From positions 416,001 to 480,000 of the forward strand of contig CAWDEM010000008.1 in assembly GCA_963801355.1 (NCBI GenBank): 64,000 nucleotides of DNA. Direction: 5' to 3'. Each line of letters begins with the position of its first letter. Position 1 is the stretch's first letter. The notes under the pieces were generated by a model, which searched no databases, was not told where the DNA came from, and worked only from the letters and a program-made list of their open reading frames with translations. The position numbers and the translations under genes are program-made. This DNA comes from Ignavibacteriota bacterium (GTDB lineage Bacteria > Bacteroidota > Ignavibacteria > UBA10030 > UBA6906). This document shows, piece by piece, positions 9,903 to 21,412 of the stretch.

Positions 9903-11203
9903 GCTTGCTGGACCTGATGCGCGAACGCACAGTCACGCCCGAAGAGGCCGTCCGGAAAATCCAGTCGGGAAACCGGGTTTTCCTCACGGGGAACGCTTCG
10001 GTTCCGCAGAAGATCATGGCGGCGTTTGTGGCCCACGCCAAGTCCCTTCAGGATGTGGAAGTCGTTCAGGTGTTGACAATCGGCAAACCGGATTATGTCG
10101 CACCCGAAATGGCGGGGCACATACGCGTGAATACGCTTTTCATCAGCGACGATGTGCGCCGGGCGGTGAACGAAGGGCGGGCGGACTTCACCCCCTGTTT
10201 TCTCTCTGAGGTTCCGCTGCTTTTCAGGCATGGACAACTTCCCCTCGACGTGGCGCTGGTTCATGTCACACCCCCCGACGAGCACGGGTTTTGTTCATTC
10301 GGGGTGGAAGTGGGTGTGACGAAGGGCGCGGCGCAGTCAGCGAAGATTGTCATCGCCGAAGTGAACCCGCGTATGCCCAGAACGCTGGGTGATTCGTTCA
10401 TCCATGTGTCCAAGATCAACTATGTCGTGCCGGTGGATTACGCGCTCCCCGACACGGCGATGGGCGATCCGTCACCTATCGCGCAGAAAATCGCCCGGAA
10501 TATTGCCGGACTCATCCCCGACGGGGCGACCCTCCAGACGGGCATAGGCGGCATCCCGGATGCCGTGTTGCGCGAGCTTACCAATCACAAACACCTGGGC
10601 GTACATAGCGAGCTGTTCTCGGACGGCGTGGTGGACCTCGTGGAACGGGGGGTTGTTGACGGGGAGATGAAGACCCTGCATCCCGGAAAGATGGTGGCCG
10701 GATTCCTTATCGGCACCAACCGGCTCTACTCCTTCGTGCACGACAACCCTATTGTGGAACTCCATCCGACGGAGTACGTGAACGATCCGTTCATCATTGC
10801 GCAGAACGCAAAGATGGTTGCAATCAATTCTGCAATTGAAGTGGATCTCACGGGGCAGGTCTGTGCCGACAGCATCGGCCCGCGACTGTACAGCGGTGTC
10901 GGCGGGCAGGTGGACTTCATCTATGGAGCATCGCGGAGCCAGGGCGGAGTCCCCATTATTGCATTGCCCTCGAGCGCAACCGTGAAAGGGCAGACCACGA
11001 GCAAGATTGTTGCAACGCTCAGGCCCGGCGGCGGCGTGGTCTCCACGCGCTACCATGTACGGTTCGTGGTCACAGAGCACGGGGTCGCCGAATTGTATGC
11101 GAAGACCGTACGCCAGCGGGTGCGTGCACTCATTGATATCGCAGCGCCGGAATTCCGGGAGGAGCTGGAAAGAAAGGCGAAGGAGATGATGTATCTGTGG
11201 TGA
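9899..11203 (+). CDS. Acetyl-CoA hydrolase / 4-hydroxybutyrate CoA-transferase family
   Basis: LQTGIGGIP, HSELFSDG, NSAIEVDLTGQVCADSIG, SGVGGQVDF, VVTEHG. Confidence 0.9.
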   Translation: MSLLDLMRERTVTPEEAVRKIQSGNRVFLTGNASVPQKIMAAFVAHAKSLQDVEVVQVLTIGKPDYVAPEMAGHIRVNTLFISDDVRRAVNEGRADFTPCFLSEVPLLFRHGQLPLDVALVHVTPPDEHGFCSFGVEVGVTKGAAQSAKIVIAEVNPRMPRTLGDSFIHVSKINYVVPVDYALPDTAMGDPSPIAQKIARNIAGLIPDGATLQTGIGGIPDAVLRELTNHKHLGVHSELFSDGVVDLVERGVVDGEMKTLHPGKMVAGFLIGTNRLYSFVHDNPIVELHPTEYVNDPFIIAQNAKMVAINSAIEVDLTGQVCADSIGPRLYSGVGGQVDFIYGASRSQGGVPIIALPSSATVKGQTTSKIVATLRPGGGVVSTRYHVRFVVTEHGVAELYAKTVRQRVRALIDIAAPEFREELERKAKEMMYLW

Positions 11204-12492
11204 CGTCGCCGCAGCATTTTCCTCGCGGGTTCCTCTGGGGAGCTGCGACCTCTTCGCATCAGGTGGAGGGGGGGTGCACGAACAACAACTGGTTCGCCTT
11301 TGAGTCTGCGCGTGATGCGTCGGGGCGTCCCCGGATCGCCGGCGCACAGAGGGCGGGCAACGCATGTGAGCAGTGGGAACGATTCCGGGATGATATCCGG
11401 TTGTTAAAGGAGATGGGGCTCAATGCCTACCGCTTCTCGGTGGAGTGGAGCAAGATCGAGCCACGTGAGGGAGTCTTCGACGATGCAGCGTTGACACATT
11501 ACGGGGAAGTGGTGGACGCGCTGCTCGACGAGGGCATCACGCCGATGGTAACGCTCCATCACTTCACGAATCCTCTCTGGTTTGAGGAACGCGGCGGCTT
11601 TCTGAGGGATGATTCACCCGGCATACTCGCGCGCTTCAGCCGCAAGGTCTATGAGAGGCTTGCAGATCGCGTGCCGTACTGGTGTACCGTTAATGAACCG
11701 TCGGTCTATGCGGCGAACGGTTACGTGACCGGTGAATTTCCCCCGGCGGATTCGAATCTCCGGAACGCGGGTGTTGTTCTCGGCAACATGATGCGTGCGC
11801 ACACGTGCATGTATCAGACGTGCAAAGAGTTCAACGCGTTGCCGCAGATTGGGCTGGCGACGAATGTGTTTCTGTACGAGCCGGCGCGGCGAATGCATCC
11901 GCTGGACGCGATCGCTGCACGGCTTGCGCAGAAGAATCTCAACGCGGAGATCTTCCGCTACCTTCTGCTCGGGAGATTGGATTTTCATTTTCCCTTCATG
12001 GTTCGCGTGCGTGTGAACTCAGTGCAGCCGGATGCGTTCGATTTCATCGGGCTGAATTATTACACGCGGTTCCGTCTCCGCTTTTCGTGGCATGACACGG
12101 GGAAGGTCAGACAGGTAGTGCAGGCGCCCCCGGAGCGGGTGACCGACATGGGATGGGAGATTTACCCGGAGGGGCTGGCGGAGTCTCTCCGGATGGTGGC
12201 GGCATGGACCCCCAAGCCGGTCTTCGTAACGGAGAACGGTCTGGCGGACGACAGCGACACGAAACGCGCTGGTTTTTTCCGGGATCACCTCCGCGTACTC
12301 GGCGATGTGCGGAGATCGGGGGTCAACGTGCAGGGGTACTTCTGCTGGTCGCTGCTCGACAATTTCGAGTGGGCGCACGGGTACACCAAACGCTTCGGCC
12401 TCTACCACGTGGATTTTGTGACGCAGAAACGCACGCTGCGTAAAGGAAGTGAAGCCATGCGGGAGTTCATCAGGAGCAACACTGCAGAATGA
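11197..12492 (+). CDS. Glycoside hydrolase family 1 (beta-glucosidase)
   Basis: FLWGAATSSHQVEG, NEP acid/base, TENG nucleophile, WSLLDNFEW. Confidence 0.93.
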   Translation: MVTSPQHFPRGFLWGAATSSHQVEGGCTNNNWFAFESARDASGRPRIAGAQRAGNACEQWERFRDDIRLLKEMGLNAYRFSVEWSKIEPREGVFDDAALTHYGEVVDALLDEGITPMVTLHHFTNPLWFEERGGFLRDDSPGILARFSRKVYERLADRVPYWCTVNEPSVYAANGYVTGEFPPADSNLRNAGVVLGNMMRAHTCMYQTCKEFNALPQIGLATNVFLYEPARRMHPLDAIAARLAQKNLNAEIFRYLLLGRLDFHFPFMVRVRVNSVQPDAFDFIGLNYYTRFRLRFSWHDTGKVRQVVQAPPERVTDMGWEIYPEGLAESLRMVAAWTPKPVFVTENGLADDSDTKRAGFFRDHLRVLGDVRRSGVNVQGYFCWSLLDNFEWAHGYTKRFGLYHVDFVTQKRTLRKGSEAMREFIRSNTAE

Positions 12493-14240
12493 ATACCAAG
12501 GAAATCGCCGGCGTCCTGGAGGAGATGGGAACGCTCCTTGAGCTCAAAGGGGCCAATCCCTTCAAGTCGCGTGCGTTTGCCAACGCGGCCCGTGCAATTG
12601 AAGGACTGCCGGGGGATGTGGCGGATGCCGTTGCGGCGGGAACGCTCCGGGAAGTGAAGGGGATTGGAGAGAGCATCGCCCGGATCATAACGGAGCTGGT
12701 GGAGAAGGGATCGTCGATCGAGTATCAGGAACTCCGCAAGGGTATTCCTGACGGTGTCTTGCAGATGTTGCGGATTCAGGGACTTGGCCCGAAGAAGGTG
12801 AAGATCCTCTTTGAAAAATTGGGCCTCACGGATATCGGCGATCTGGAAATGGCGGCGCGAGCGGGCCGGCTGGCGGAACTCGAAGGCTTCGGGCAGAAGA
12901 GTCAGGAAAATATTCTGAAAGGGATCCAGACCCTGCGGAGTCACGGGGAGAAGTCCCATTATCCCCCGGCCGCCTCCGCCGCAGGGATTCTTCTGGATGC
13001 GCTGCGGAAAGAACCCGGCATCATCCGCGCTGAAGTGGCAGGAAGCCTCCGCCGCCGTAAGGAAGTGGTGGGTGACATTGACCTGCTCGTCAGCTCGAGC
13101 GAGAAATCGCGCACACGGCTGATGGATCGGTTCACCGCTCATCCGGATGTACAGTCCATCCTGGCGAAAGGCGACACCAAATCCAGCGTCATGCTGAAGC
13201 AGGGAATTCACTGTGACTTGCGGATCGTGCGGGACGAGGAGTTTCCGTTTGCACTGAACTACTTCACGGGCAGCAAGGAACACAACGTGGAGATGCGGTC
13301 CCGTGCGCGGCAACGCGGCTGGAGTCTCAATGAGTACACCCTCTCGAAACTCGAGGAAGAGGAACCCGGCAGGAAACCGACGCGGCCGCCGGCGTGCCGT
13401 GATGAATCAGACATCTATGCGGCCCTCGGGCTTCAGTACATCCCGCCGGAACTCCGCGAAAATATGGGCGAATTCGAAGCTGCAGAGAAGAATGCTCTTC
13501 CGGTGCTCGTTGACGAACGGGATATCAAGGGAACATTCCATTGTCATAGCACGTACAGCGATGGAGTGAACACGATTCAGCAGATGGTCGCGGCCGCCCG
13601 CGCCAAAGGATGGGTGTATCTGGGGATCGCAGATCACAGCAAGGCCGCGGGATATGCCGGGGGGTTGAGCATTGAGAGGATCAAGGAACAGATCAAAGAG
13701 ATCGATGCGCTGAATGTGAAGACGAAGAACTTCCGGATTTTCAAAGGAACCGAGTGCGATATCCTGCCCGACGGGAGCCTGGACTTTCCGGACAAAGTGC
13801 TGGCGCTGCTGGATTATGTCGTGGTGTCGGTCCACAGCAGCTTTGCGATGTCCGAAGACCAGATGACCCGGCGGATCATCAAGGCCCTCACAAGCAAGTA
13901 CGCCACCATTCTCGGCCACCCCACGGGACGATTGCTGCTGTCACGGGAACCTTACCCCGTCAATATGACAAAGGTTATTGACGCGGCGGCGGACGCAGGC
14001 AAATGCATCGAGATCAACGCTCACCCCATGCGGCTGGATCTGGATTGGCGTCTGTGCAGGTACGCGCGGGACCGCGGGGTACGGATCGCAATCAACCCTG
14101 ATGCACACAGTATTGAAGGGCTTAACGACGTGGCTTTCGGTGTCGGCGTTGCCAGGAAAGGATGGCTCCGCGCACAAGATGTGATCAATGCGGGCTCGGC
14201 GAGCGATGTGCTCGCGACGTTTGCGTCAACAAGGAGGTGA
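12489..14240 (+). CDS. polX: DNA polymerase X with PHP exonuclease domain
   Basis: AGSLRR..VGDIDLL, YFTGSKEHN, HCHSTYSDG, NPDAH. Confidence 0.93.
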   Translation: MNTKEIAGVLEEMGTLLELKGANPFKSRAFANAARAIEGLPGDVADAVAAGTLREVKGIGESIARIITELVEKGSSIEYQELRKGIPDGVLQMLRIQGLGPKKVKILFEKLGLTDIGDLEMAARAGRLAELEGFGQKSQENILKGIQTLRSHGEKSHYPPAASAAGILLDALRKEPGIIRAEVAGSLRRRKEVVGDIDLLVSSSEKSRTRLMDRFTAHPDVQSILAKGDTKSSVMLKQGIHCDLRIVRDEEFPFALNYFTGSKEHNVEMRSRARQRGWSLNEYTLSKLEEEEPGRKPTRPPACRDESDIYAALGLQYIPPELRENMGEFEAAEKNALPVLVDERDIKGTFHCHSTYSDGVNTIQQMVAAARAKGWVYLGIADHSKAAGYAGGLSIERIKEQIKEIDALNVKTKNFRIFKGTECDILPDGSLDFPDKVLALLDYVVVSVHSSFAMSEDQMTRRIIKALTSKYATILGHPTGRLLLSREPYPVNMTKVIDAAADAGKCIEINAHPMRLDLDWRLCRYARDRGVRIAINPDAHSIEGLNDVAFGVGVARKGWLRAQDVINAGSASDVLATFASTRR

Positions 14241-14248
14241 AAGGGATC

Positions 14249-14860
14249 ATGAAGAACACAGCACGGATGTGGGCGGGACTGTTTCTCATCGGATTCGGCG
14301 TCCTGATGTTGCTTGACAGAATGGATATCTTCAGCTTCCGGGAGATAGTGAGGACCTACTGGCCCCTGATCCTCGTGGGGATGGGCATCTGGATAATTTT
14401 CGGCACGAGAAGAAGGGAAGGAGCCGGCGACGGAAGGGGAGTGGGTGTCGCGGGCGACATCGCGACCACGAATAGCAGTGAGTCGGTCCACGAATCGAAT
14501 GTCTTTGGCAACGTTGCGGTCCAGGTCCGTTCCGGCAATTTCAAAGGGGGGGCAGTCACCACGGTCTTCGGCAATGCCGTTGTTGACCTGACGCAAGCTG
14601 CTGTCGGAATGGGAGAACACCGTCTGAAAGTCGAATGCGTGTTTGGAAAGGTGGAAGTAATGCTGCCGGCTTCAATCGTTGCGAAGGTAAAGGCGGACAC
14701 ATTGCTCGGTTCGGTGACGGTGAACGGTGAGAAGAGGGAGGGATTTGCGCCGGAGAGGGTTCTTACGCCTGACCTCTATGCCACCGCTCCGGCGCGTCTG
14801 TCCATCAAAGCATCTACGGTGATGGGAGAGGTCGTTGTCAATACTGTGCCGCCGAGGTGA
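14249..14860 (+). CDS. LiaF/LiaI-like membrane protein (cell-wall antibiotic response family)
   Basis: Two N-terminal TM helices with a YWPLILV motif, then repeated FG beta-solenoid units. Confidence 0.75.
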   Translation: MKNTARMWAGLFLIGFGVLMLLDRMDIFSFREIVRTYWPLILVGMGIWIIFGTRRREGAGDGRGVGVAGDIATTNSSESVHESNVFGNVAVQVRSGNFKGGAVTTVFGNAVVDLTQAAVGMGEHRLKVECVFGKVEVMLPASIVAKVKADTLLGSVTVNGEKREGFAPERVLTPDLYATAPARLSIKASTVMGEVVVNTVPPR

Positions 14861-15159
14861 GTGTGCCGCGTATACGTTTTGTCCCGTTGGGGAAGGAAAA
14901 AGAGATCAGGGTAGGGGCGACGATTCTCGCCGCCGCGAACCAATGCCAGGCGCCCGTTGGACAGTCGTGCAGCGGCGAGGGAAGCTGTGGCTGGTGCAGG
15001 GTCTCCGTGCTCGAAGGTGCAGAGCACCTTGCGCCGCCCGGATTGCTCGAACAAGAGCTTATGCGAACGAAGGAGTTCAAAGCCAATGAACGGGCTGCCT
15101 GTCTTGCCCGCGTTCAAGGCGATGTCACCATCACCACTACATACTGGAGCCATGAGTAG
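14857..15159 (+). CDS. 2Fe-2S ferredoxin
   Basis: CSGEGSCGWC...RAAC cysteine pattern. Confidence 0.85.
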   Translation: MSVPRIRFVPLGKEKEIRVGATILAAANQCQAPVGQSCSGEGSCGWCRVSVLEGAEHLAPPGLLEQELMRTKEFKANERAACLARVQGDVTITTTYWSHE

Positions 15160-15514
15160 ATACGAACGTCACGTGTTTGTGTGCATCAATGAGCGGCCCA
15201 AGGGGCATCCCAAGGGATGCTGCCTGGAAAAGGGTTCGTGTGCTGTCCGCGATGCGATGAAATCACTGGTACACGAACGTGGTCTGAAAGCCCTCGTGCG
15301 CGTCAACAACGCCGGGTGTCTGGATGCCTGTGCACACGGGATCTCTCTGGTCATCTATCCCGAAGGTATCTGGTACGGGGGAGTCACCGTACAAGACGTG
15401 CCGGAGATTGTCGACCGCACGATCATCAATGGTGAGGTCATCGAACGGCTGCTGATACTCGATCCCGGGTATTCTCCCGCGCGCATGCAATTTCGCCTGC
15501 TGGAGAAACCATGA
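15152..15514 (+). CDS. Thioredoxin-like (2Fe-2S) ferredoxin
   Basis: HVFVC...GCC...GCLDAC..G...YPEGIWY. Start set at ATG 15152. Confidence 0.85.
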   Translation: MSRYERHVFVCINERPKGHPKGCCLEKGSCAVRDAMKSLVHERGLKALVRVNNAGCLDACAHGISLVIYPEGIWYGGVTVQDVPEIVDRTIINGEVIERLLILDPGYSPARMQFRLLEKP

Positions 15515-16170
15515 AGCGACGCAGTGAAACACAGGAGGCACGGCGACAACGCGCAGCGCAAATCCTCCGGGTGCTCCGGAAGAACTTTCCCCGGGCGACC
15601 ACCGCGCTGTCGCACACGGATCCGTTCCAGCTGTTAGTTGCCACCATCCTGTCCGCTCAATGTACCGATCAGCGGGTCAATATGGTGACGCCCAGCCTTT
15701 TCGCAAGGTACGCATCACCGCCTGACTTTGCCTCCGCCGACATTCATGAGCTGGAAGCTGAAATTCGATCCACCGGCTTCTTCAGGATGAAGGCAAGAAA
15801 CATCGTCGCCTGCTCACGGGCTTTGGTCGACCGATTCGGATCGAACGTCCCGCAGACAATGGAGGAGATGATCACGCTGCCGGGTGTCGGCCGCAAGACT
15901 GCCAACGTTGTGCTCGGTTATGCATTCGGGATCGTGTCCGGCGTTGTGGTTGACACGCATGTCCACCGGCTCTCCCGGCGCATGGGTCTTTCCGCCGAAA
16001 AGACACCGGAGAAGATTGAACTTGATCTCATGGAGGTGTTTCCGCGGAGAGATTGGATCGACGTCGGGTCGATCTTGGTACTTCATGGCCGGAAAAACTG
16101 CAATGCCCGGAAACCCGTGTGCGAGACATGCCCGGTGAAGGCGCTTTGTCCGAGAATCGGGGTAGAGTAG
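15511..16170 (+). CDS. nth: Endonuclease III
   Basis: LSAQCTD, LPGVGRKTANVV HhH, VDTHV, C-terminal 4Fe-4S cysteines. Confidence 0.95.
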   Translation: MKRRSETQEARRQRAAQILRVLRKNFPRATTALSHTDPFQLLVATILSAQCTDQRVNMVTPSLFARYASPPDFASADIHELEAEIRSTGFFRMKARNIVACSRALVDRFGSNVPQTMEEMITLPGVGRKTANVVLGYAFGIVSGVVVDTHVHRLSRRMGLSAEKTPEKIELDLMEVFPRRDWIDVGSILVLHGRKNCNARKPVCETCPVKALCPRIGVE

Positions 16171-16405
16171 GTGGTGCTCCTGCACTCGTTCCTCCTGTTG
16201 CGTATTTCTACACTCGTCCCATTTTTGCATAACTAAGAACCTTTTTGTGCCTACTTCTCATAGCTGCGAAAATCCATGTTCATATCCCCTCTTTTGATCG
16301 GATTTCGGCACCTCCCTGTGTAATCTGAGCTGGCACGGCATCTGTCCTTGAGTCCCGTGAAACCTCGCTTGTTCCCGACTCCAAACCTTCGCCGGAGGCA
16401 CGTGA

Positions 16406-17527
16406 ATGTTCATCCTTGAGGAAAGCGCTCTACAGGGACTCATCACGGCGCTGCAGGCAAAAGGGTACACTGTGGTGGGCCCGACCCTTCGGGACGGGTC
16501 AATTACGTTCGACACGATTTCTTCAATAGACGAACTTCCTCGTGGTTGGTCCGATGACCAGGAACCGGCACGCTACTCCATCACGCGACGTGATGATGAC
16601 GCGCTGTTCGCCTACAATGTGGGTCCGCATTCGTGGAAGAAGTTCCTGTTCCCTTCCCGCCTGCGCCTCTTTGCTGCCACACGCTCGGGCAAAGCCTTTG
16701 AAGTAGACCCCCCCCTGGACGCCGACCCCCCGCGCTATGCCTTCCTCGGTGTCCGCTCATGTGAGCTGCATGCGATTGCACTGCAGGACCAGGTGTTCAT
16801 GACTGGAACGTATGCGGACAGGAACTATGCCACGCATCGTCAGGGGGCGTTCCTCGTTGCTGTGAACTGCGTCAAGACAGGGGGGACCTGTTTCTGTGCT
16901 TCCATGAACACCGGTCCGCACGCGACGGAGGGATACGATCTTGCGCTCACGGAAGTCATAGGCGGCGGGCTTCATTACTTCGTGGCGGAGGTCGGGAGCA
17001 AGCAAGGGGAGGCGATTCTCTCGGAACTTCCGCACCGCAACGCGGAGCAAGAAGAAGTCGACCGCGTGCAAGCTCTCTGGAAGGAAGCTGCCGGGCAAAT
17101 GGGCCGGACACTGGACACAGAGAATCTTCCTCGGTTGCTCACCGAAAATTATGAACACCCCCGTTGGGACGATGTTGCCAAACGTTGTCTGGCCTGTGCC
17201 AACTGCACGATGGTGTGCCCCACGTGTTTCTGCTCCACCGTGGAAGATCTTACGGACCTTACCGGTGAGCATGCTGAGCGCTGGCGGCGGTGGGATTCTT
17301 GTTTCACGACGGATTTCACCAGAGTTGCCGGCGGCAATATTCGCATGTCGACACGCACCCGCTATCGCCAATGGCTGACACACAAACTGGCGAATTGGGT
17401 GGAACAGTTCGGAAAAATGGGCTGTGTCGGGTGTGGACGGTGCATCACCTGGTGCCCGTCGGGGATTGACATCACTGCGGAAGCGACTGCGATCCGCGAA
17501 ACCAGTATGACACCAACCCTTGAATAG
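16406..17527 (+). CDS. hydB: Group 3b [NiFe] hydrogenase (sulfhydrogenase) beta subunit, 4Fe-4S dicluster
   Basis: [16 protein letters not shown] and [12 protein letters not shown] motifs, first gene of the hydrogenase operon. Confidence 0.85.
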   Translation: MFILEESALQGLITALQAKGYTVVGPTLRDGSITFDTISSIDELPRGWSDDQEPARYSITRRDDDALFAYNVGPHSWKKFLFPSRLRLFAATRSGKAFEVDPPLDADPPRYAFLGVRSCELHAIALQDQVFMTGTYADRNYATHRQGAFLVAVNCVKTGGTCFCASMNTGPHATEGYDLALTEVIGGGLHYFVAEVGSKQGEAILSELPHRNAEQEEVDRVQALWKEAAGQMGRTLDTENLPRLLTENYEHPRWDDVAKRCLACANCTMVCPTCFCSTVEDLTDLTGEHAERWRRWDSCFTTDFTRVAGGNIRMSTRTRYRQWLTHKLANWVEQFGKMGCVGCGRCITWCPSGIDITAEATAIRETSMTPTLE

Positions 17528-17539
17528 AGGAGTCATGCC

Positions 17540-18022
17540 ATGGAAAAAGAAGATCTGAGTCAATTGCTGCGGCAGCATCCGTTCCTCACGGGCCTCTCCG
17601 AGGAACACATGCAAACACTGGTGGGCTGTGCCTCGAACGAGCGGTTTGAAGAAGGTGCGATCGTCATGCATGAAGGGCAGGTGGCGAACAAGTTCTACCT
17701 CATCCGGACGGGCCGTGTGGCTCTCGAGATGCAGGTAACCGGCAAGGGAGACTTGCGCATCCAGACTGTCGGTCCGGGCGAGACCCTGGGTTGGTCATGG
17801 CTCATTGCCCCGTACCGCCAGCATTTTACCGGCGTGGTCGTTCTTGAGACACGTGCCATATCGTTGGACGGCGAGTGCTTGCGCGGCAAGTGCGAAAACG
17901 ATTCGCACTTCGGTTATGAGATGCTGAAGCGTCTTGCCCAGGTCATGGAACGCCGCCTCGAAGCCACGCGCCTCCAGCTGCTGGATGTATACGGTATGCA
18001 GCAATCGGGAGTGACGCAATGA
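17540..18022 (+). CDS. Stand-alone cyclic-nucleotide-binding domain protein
   Basis: EGQVANKFYLIRTGRV...GPGETLGWS cNMP fold, with no C-terminal HTH. Confidence 0.85.
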   Translation: MEKEDLSQLLRQHPFLTGLSEEHMQTLVGCASNERFEEGAIVMHEGQVANKFYLIRTGRVALEMQVTGKGDLRIQTVGPGETLGWSWLIAPYRQHFTGVVVLETRAISLDGECLRGKCENDSHFGYEMLKRLAQVMERRLEATRLQLLDVYGMQQSGVTQ

Positions 18023-18879
18023 CACTCACAACTGACGCTCTCCAAGAGAACGTCCTGGATCCCATGGTAACCCAGCCGGTAACGGTGCGCCGCACCCTCT
18101 GGGAGAACGATGACACATTTACGCTCACACTTGACATGGGTCCCCTGGGAGACGGATTTCACTTTCTCCCCGGTCAGTTCAACATGGTGTACGTATACGG
18201 GATTGGCGAGGTCGCGGTGTCGATCAGTTCCGATCCTGCACGTACGAACACGCTTGATCACACCATCCACCGTGTCGGGCTGGTTACGACTGCTCTTGCC
18301 CAGAAGAAGCGCGGAGACATCATCGGCATTCGTGGACCGTACGGATCGAGTTGGCCGATCGACGCGTGCCGCGGGAAGGATGTGTGCATTGCGTCCGGCG
18401 GAATCGGCCTGGCGCCCCTCCGTCCGATTCTCTACACGCTCCTGAAGAACCGTGAGGACTACGGGCGCATCATCATACTCTACGGTGGCCGGAGCCCGCT
18501 TGATCTTCTCTATCGTGTGGAGCTCGAGAAATGGGAAAATGACTTCAACGTGGAGGTTTTGGTTACCGTTGACCGCGGGGATTCTTCCTGGAAAGGGCAC
18601 ATCGGCGTTGTCACCTCGCTTTTTCAGTACATTAAACTGGATGCCCGGGCGACGGTGGCCTATGTCTGCGGTCCGGAAATCATGATGAAATACACCATTG
18701 ATGAACTCGAACGCCGTGGTGTGCCGATGACGCAGACATTCCTCTCCATGGAGCGGAACATGAAGTGTGCCATCGGCTTCTGCGGCCATTGCCAGATGGG
18801 CCCCACATTCATCTGCAAGGAAGGTCCGGTGTATCCGCTCCCGCGCGTCCGCCCGTTACTCGACAGGAAGGAGCTCTGA
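18019..18879 (+). CDS. hydG: Group 3b hydrogenase gamma subunit (FAD/NAD-binding, 2Fe-2S)
   Basis: [38 protein letters not shown]. Confidence 0.88.
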   Translation: MTLTTDALQENVLDPMVTQPVTVRRTLWENDDTFTLTLDMGPLGDGFHFLPGQFNMVYVYGIGEVAVSISSDPARTNTLDHTIHRVGLVTTALAQKKRGDIIGIRGPYGSSWPIDACRGKDVCIASGGIGLAPLRPILYTLLKNREDYGRIIILYGGRSPLDLLYRVELEKWENDFNVEVLVTVDRGDSSWKGHIGVVTSLFQYIKLDARATVAYVCGPEIMMKYTIDELERRGVPMTQTFLSMERNMKCAIGFCGHCQMGPTFICKEGPVYPLPRVRPLLDRKEL

Positions 18880-18880
18880 C

Positions 18881-19657
18881 ATGCCGGCCAAGAAGCCGAA
18901 GATCGCCGTGTTCAAGTTTGCTTCGTGCGACGGTTGTCAGCTCTCGCTCCTCGACGCCGAAGACGAATTGCTGGCTGTTGCGGCCGCGGTGGAGATAGCG
19001 AATTTCCCCGAGGCAAGCCGGAGAGTGCTCAAAGGTCCCTACGAGGTCGGCCTCGTCGAAGGCAGCATCACGACTCCGCACGACGTCGAGCGCATTCGGG
19101 GCATCCGCAAAATGTGCCGCGTGCTCATTACGATCGGTGCATGCGCCACCGCGGGCGGAATCCAGGCCCTCCGGAACTGGAAGGACGTGAAGGACTTCAC
19201 GCGCCTGGTCTACGCATCCCCCGAGCACATTTCCACACTGGACCGTTCGATGCCGGTGGGTTCGTATGTGCATGTGGACTTCGAGCTCCGAGGGTGTCCA
19301 ATCAACAAATACCAGTTGCTGGAGGTTCTGAATGCATTTCTCAATAAGCGCAAGCCGAACGTGCCGACGCACTCGGTATGCGTTGAGTGCAAACTGAGCG
19401 GGACGATCTGTGTCATGGTAGCTAAGGGCTTGCCCTGTTTGGGTCCGGTCACGCAGGTCGGCTGCGGTGCGCTCTGCCCCTCATTTGACCGGGGGTGCTA
19501 TGGCTGTTTTGGCCCGATGGACAATCCCAATCCCCCTGCGCTGAGCAAGCATTTGCGTGACATGGGTGAGTCGCGGCGCGACATCATGCTCCTGTTCCGC
19601 GGATTTAATGCATACGCGGAAGCATTCCGGAAGGAGAGCGAAGCCCATGAAGAATAG
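18881..19657 (+). CDS. hydD: Group 3b hydrogenase delta (small) subunit
   Basis: [28 protein letters not shown]...GCYGCFG. Confidence 0.88.
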   Translation: MPAKKPKIAVFKFASCDGCQLSLLDAEDELLAVAAAVEIANFPEASRRVLKGPYEVGLVEGSITTPHDVERIRGIRKMCRVLITIGACATAGGIQALRNWKDVKDFTRLVYASPEHISTLDRSMPVGSYVHVDFELRGCPINKYQLLEVLNAFLNKRKPNVPTHSVCVECKLSGTICVMVAKGLPCLGPVTQVGCGALCPSFDRGCYGCFGPMDNPNPPALSKHLRDMGESRRDIMLLFRGFNAYAEAFRKESEAHEE

Positions 19658-20930
19658 AGTGATCAAGGTCGATACGCTCGCACGTGTCGAGGGGGAAGGA
19701 GCCGTCTATATTAAGATCAGCGACGGCAAAGTGGTCGACACAAAATTCCGGATCTACGAGCCGCCCAGGTTTTTTGAAGCATTTCTCCGCGGCCGCAACT
19801 ATGCTGAGGCTCCGGACATCACCGCGCGCATCTGCGGCATCTGTCCCATCGCCTATCAGATGAGTGCGGTCCATGCGATCGAAGACGCATTCGAGATCAC
19901 CGTAGGCGGACAACTGCGCGCACTGCGCCGGCTCATCTATTGCGGCGAGTGGATCGAGAGCCATGTACTGCATGTGTACATGCTCCACGCACCCGATTTT
20001 CTGGGGTATGAGGATGCCCTCCTGCTGGCAAAGGACAAGCCGGATCTGGTGAAGACCGCTTTGCGCATGAAGAAGATCGGCAACGAGCTGGTACGCGTCA
20101 TCGGCGGTAGGGAAATCCATCCCATCAATGTCAAGGTAGGTGGATTCTACCGCGTACCCCGGAAGAAGGATCTCAAGGCGCTCGTGGATGACCTGACGTG
20201 GGCGCGCGATCGTGCGGTGGAGACTGTCAGACTCACGGCAACATTCGAATTCCCTGATCTGGAACAGGACTACGATTTCGTCGCTCTGCGTCATCCAGAT
20301 GAGTACCCGTTCAACGGGGGGCGCTTCATCTCAACGCGCGGACTCGACATTGCGATCCGGGAGTATGAGTTCCATTTTGAAGAGCGCCATATCCCTCATT
20401 CAAATGCACTGCATTCCGTCGAGAAGGGGATTGGCGCGTACCAGGTGGGCCCAATGGCGCGTTTCAATCTCAACTTCGATCTGCTGACGCCGATGGCCCG
20501 GCAGGTTGCACAGGACGTCGGTGTGCTGCCGCCCGTCAAGAATCCGTTTAAGAGCATTGTCGTGCGGAGCATTGAAACGGTGTATGCCTATGAGGAGGCG
20601 TTGCGGTTGATCGCCGAGTACGAAGAGCCCGACGCCTGTTCGGTGAAAGTCGAGCCACAGGCGGGACTTGGGTTCGGTGCAAGCGAGGCACCCCGGGGCA
20701 CCCTCTACCACCGCTACCGTCTCGATGATGAGGGCATGATTATCGATGCGAAGATCGTGCCCCCCACGGCGCAAAACCAGCCGTCGATTGAATCGGACAT
20801 GCGGAAGTTTGTTACGGCAAACATTGACATGGACCGGGAGAAACTGACCTGGCGCGTCGAGCAAGCGATCCGAAACTATGATCCGTGCATTTCCTGCGCA
20901 ACGCATTTCGTCAAGATTTCGTGGGAATGA
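19647..20930 (+). CDS. hydA: Group 3b [NiFe] hydrogenase large (alpha) subunit
   Basis: ARVEGEG, L1 RICGIC, EAPRG, L2 DPCISCATH followed by a short cleavable tail. Confidence 0.92.
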   Translation: MKNRVIKVDTLARVEGEGAVYIKISDGKVVDTKFRIYEPPRFFEAFLRGRNYAEAPDITARICGICPIAYQMSAVHAIEDAFEITVGGQLRALRRLIYCGEWIESHVLHVYMLHAPDFLGYEDALLLAKDKPDLVKTALRMKKIGNELVRVIGGREIHPINVKVGGFYRVPRKKDLKALVDDLTWARDRAVETVRLTATFEFPDLEQDYDFVALRHPDEYPFNGGRFISTRGLDIAIREYEFHFEERHIPHSNALHSVEKGIGAYQVGPMARFNLNFDLLTPMARQVAQDVGVLPPVKNPFKSIVVRSIETVYAYEEALRLIAEYEEPDACSVKVEPQAGLGFGASEAPRGTLYHRYRLDDEGMIIDAKIVPPTAQNQPSIESDMRKFVTANIDMDREKLTWRVEQAIRNYDPCISCATHFVKISWE

Positions 20931-21412
20931 CAGGCGCCATACTTCTTGCCGGGGTGGGGAACGAATACCGCTCCGATGACGGGCTCGGCATCTTCGCTGC
21001 GCGGGAGATCCGTCGCCGGAACATACCCGGCGTTGAAGTCCTGGAGTTCAATGGCGAAGGCGCGGCCATGATGGAGGCCTGGGAGAAGCACAGCTGCGTG
21101 GTTATTGTCGATGCAATCAGCTCCGGCGCAGCGATTGGGGATGTGCACCGCCTTGACGCCGTGAACGAGGAAATCCCCGCGGATTTCTTCCACTACTCGA
21201 GCCATACATTCGGCCTCGTGGAGGCCATCGCAATGGCGCGGGTGTTGCACCGCCTGCCGGAGACCTTGCTTCTGTACGGCATTGAAGGGAAGCAATTTGA
21301 CGTGGGCATAGGCCTTACCGATGCGGTGTTGCGCAGCATGCCTGCACTCCTTTCAAACATTGAGAATGAGTTGAGACAGCTGTGCAATCGTCTCCCGGAA
21401 GCGACACCATGA
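20927..21412 (+). CDS. Hydrogenase maturation protease
   Basis: [20 protein letters not shown] motifs, directly after the large subunit. Confidence 0.9.
   Translation: MTGAILLAGVGNEYRSDDGLGIFAAREIRRRNIPGVEVLEFNGEGAAMMEAWEKHSCVVIVDAISSGAAIGDVHRLDAVNEEIPADFFHYSSHTFGLVEAIAMARVLHRLPETLLLYGIEGKQFDVGIGLTDAVLRSMPALLSNIENELRQLCNRLPEATP

Noticed and set aside
16331-16345. TGGCACG-N4-CTGT sigma54-like element upstream of the hydrogenase operon
   Set aside because: The -24 half is perfect but the conserved -12 GC is missing, so it is not supportable alone.
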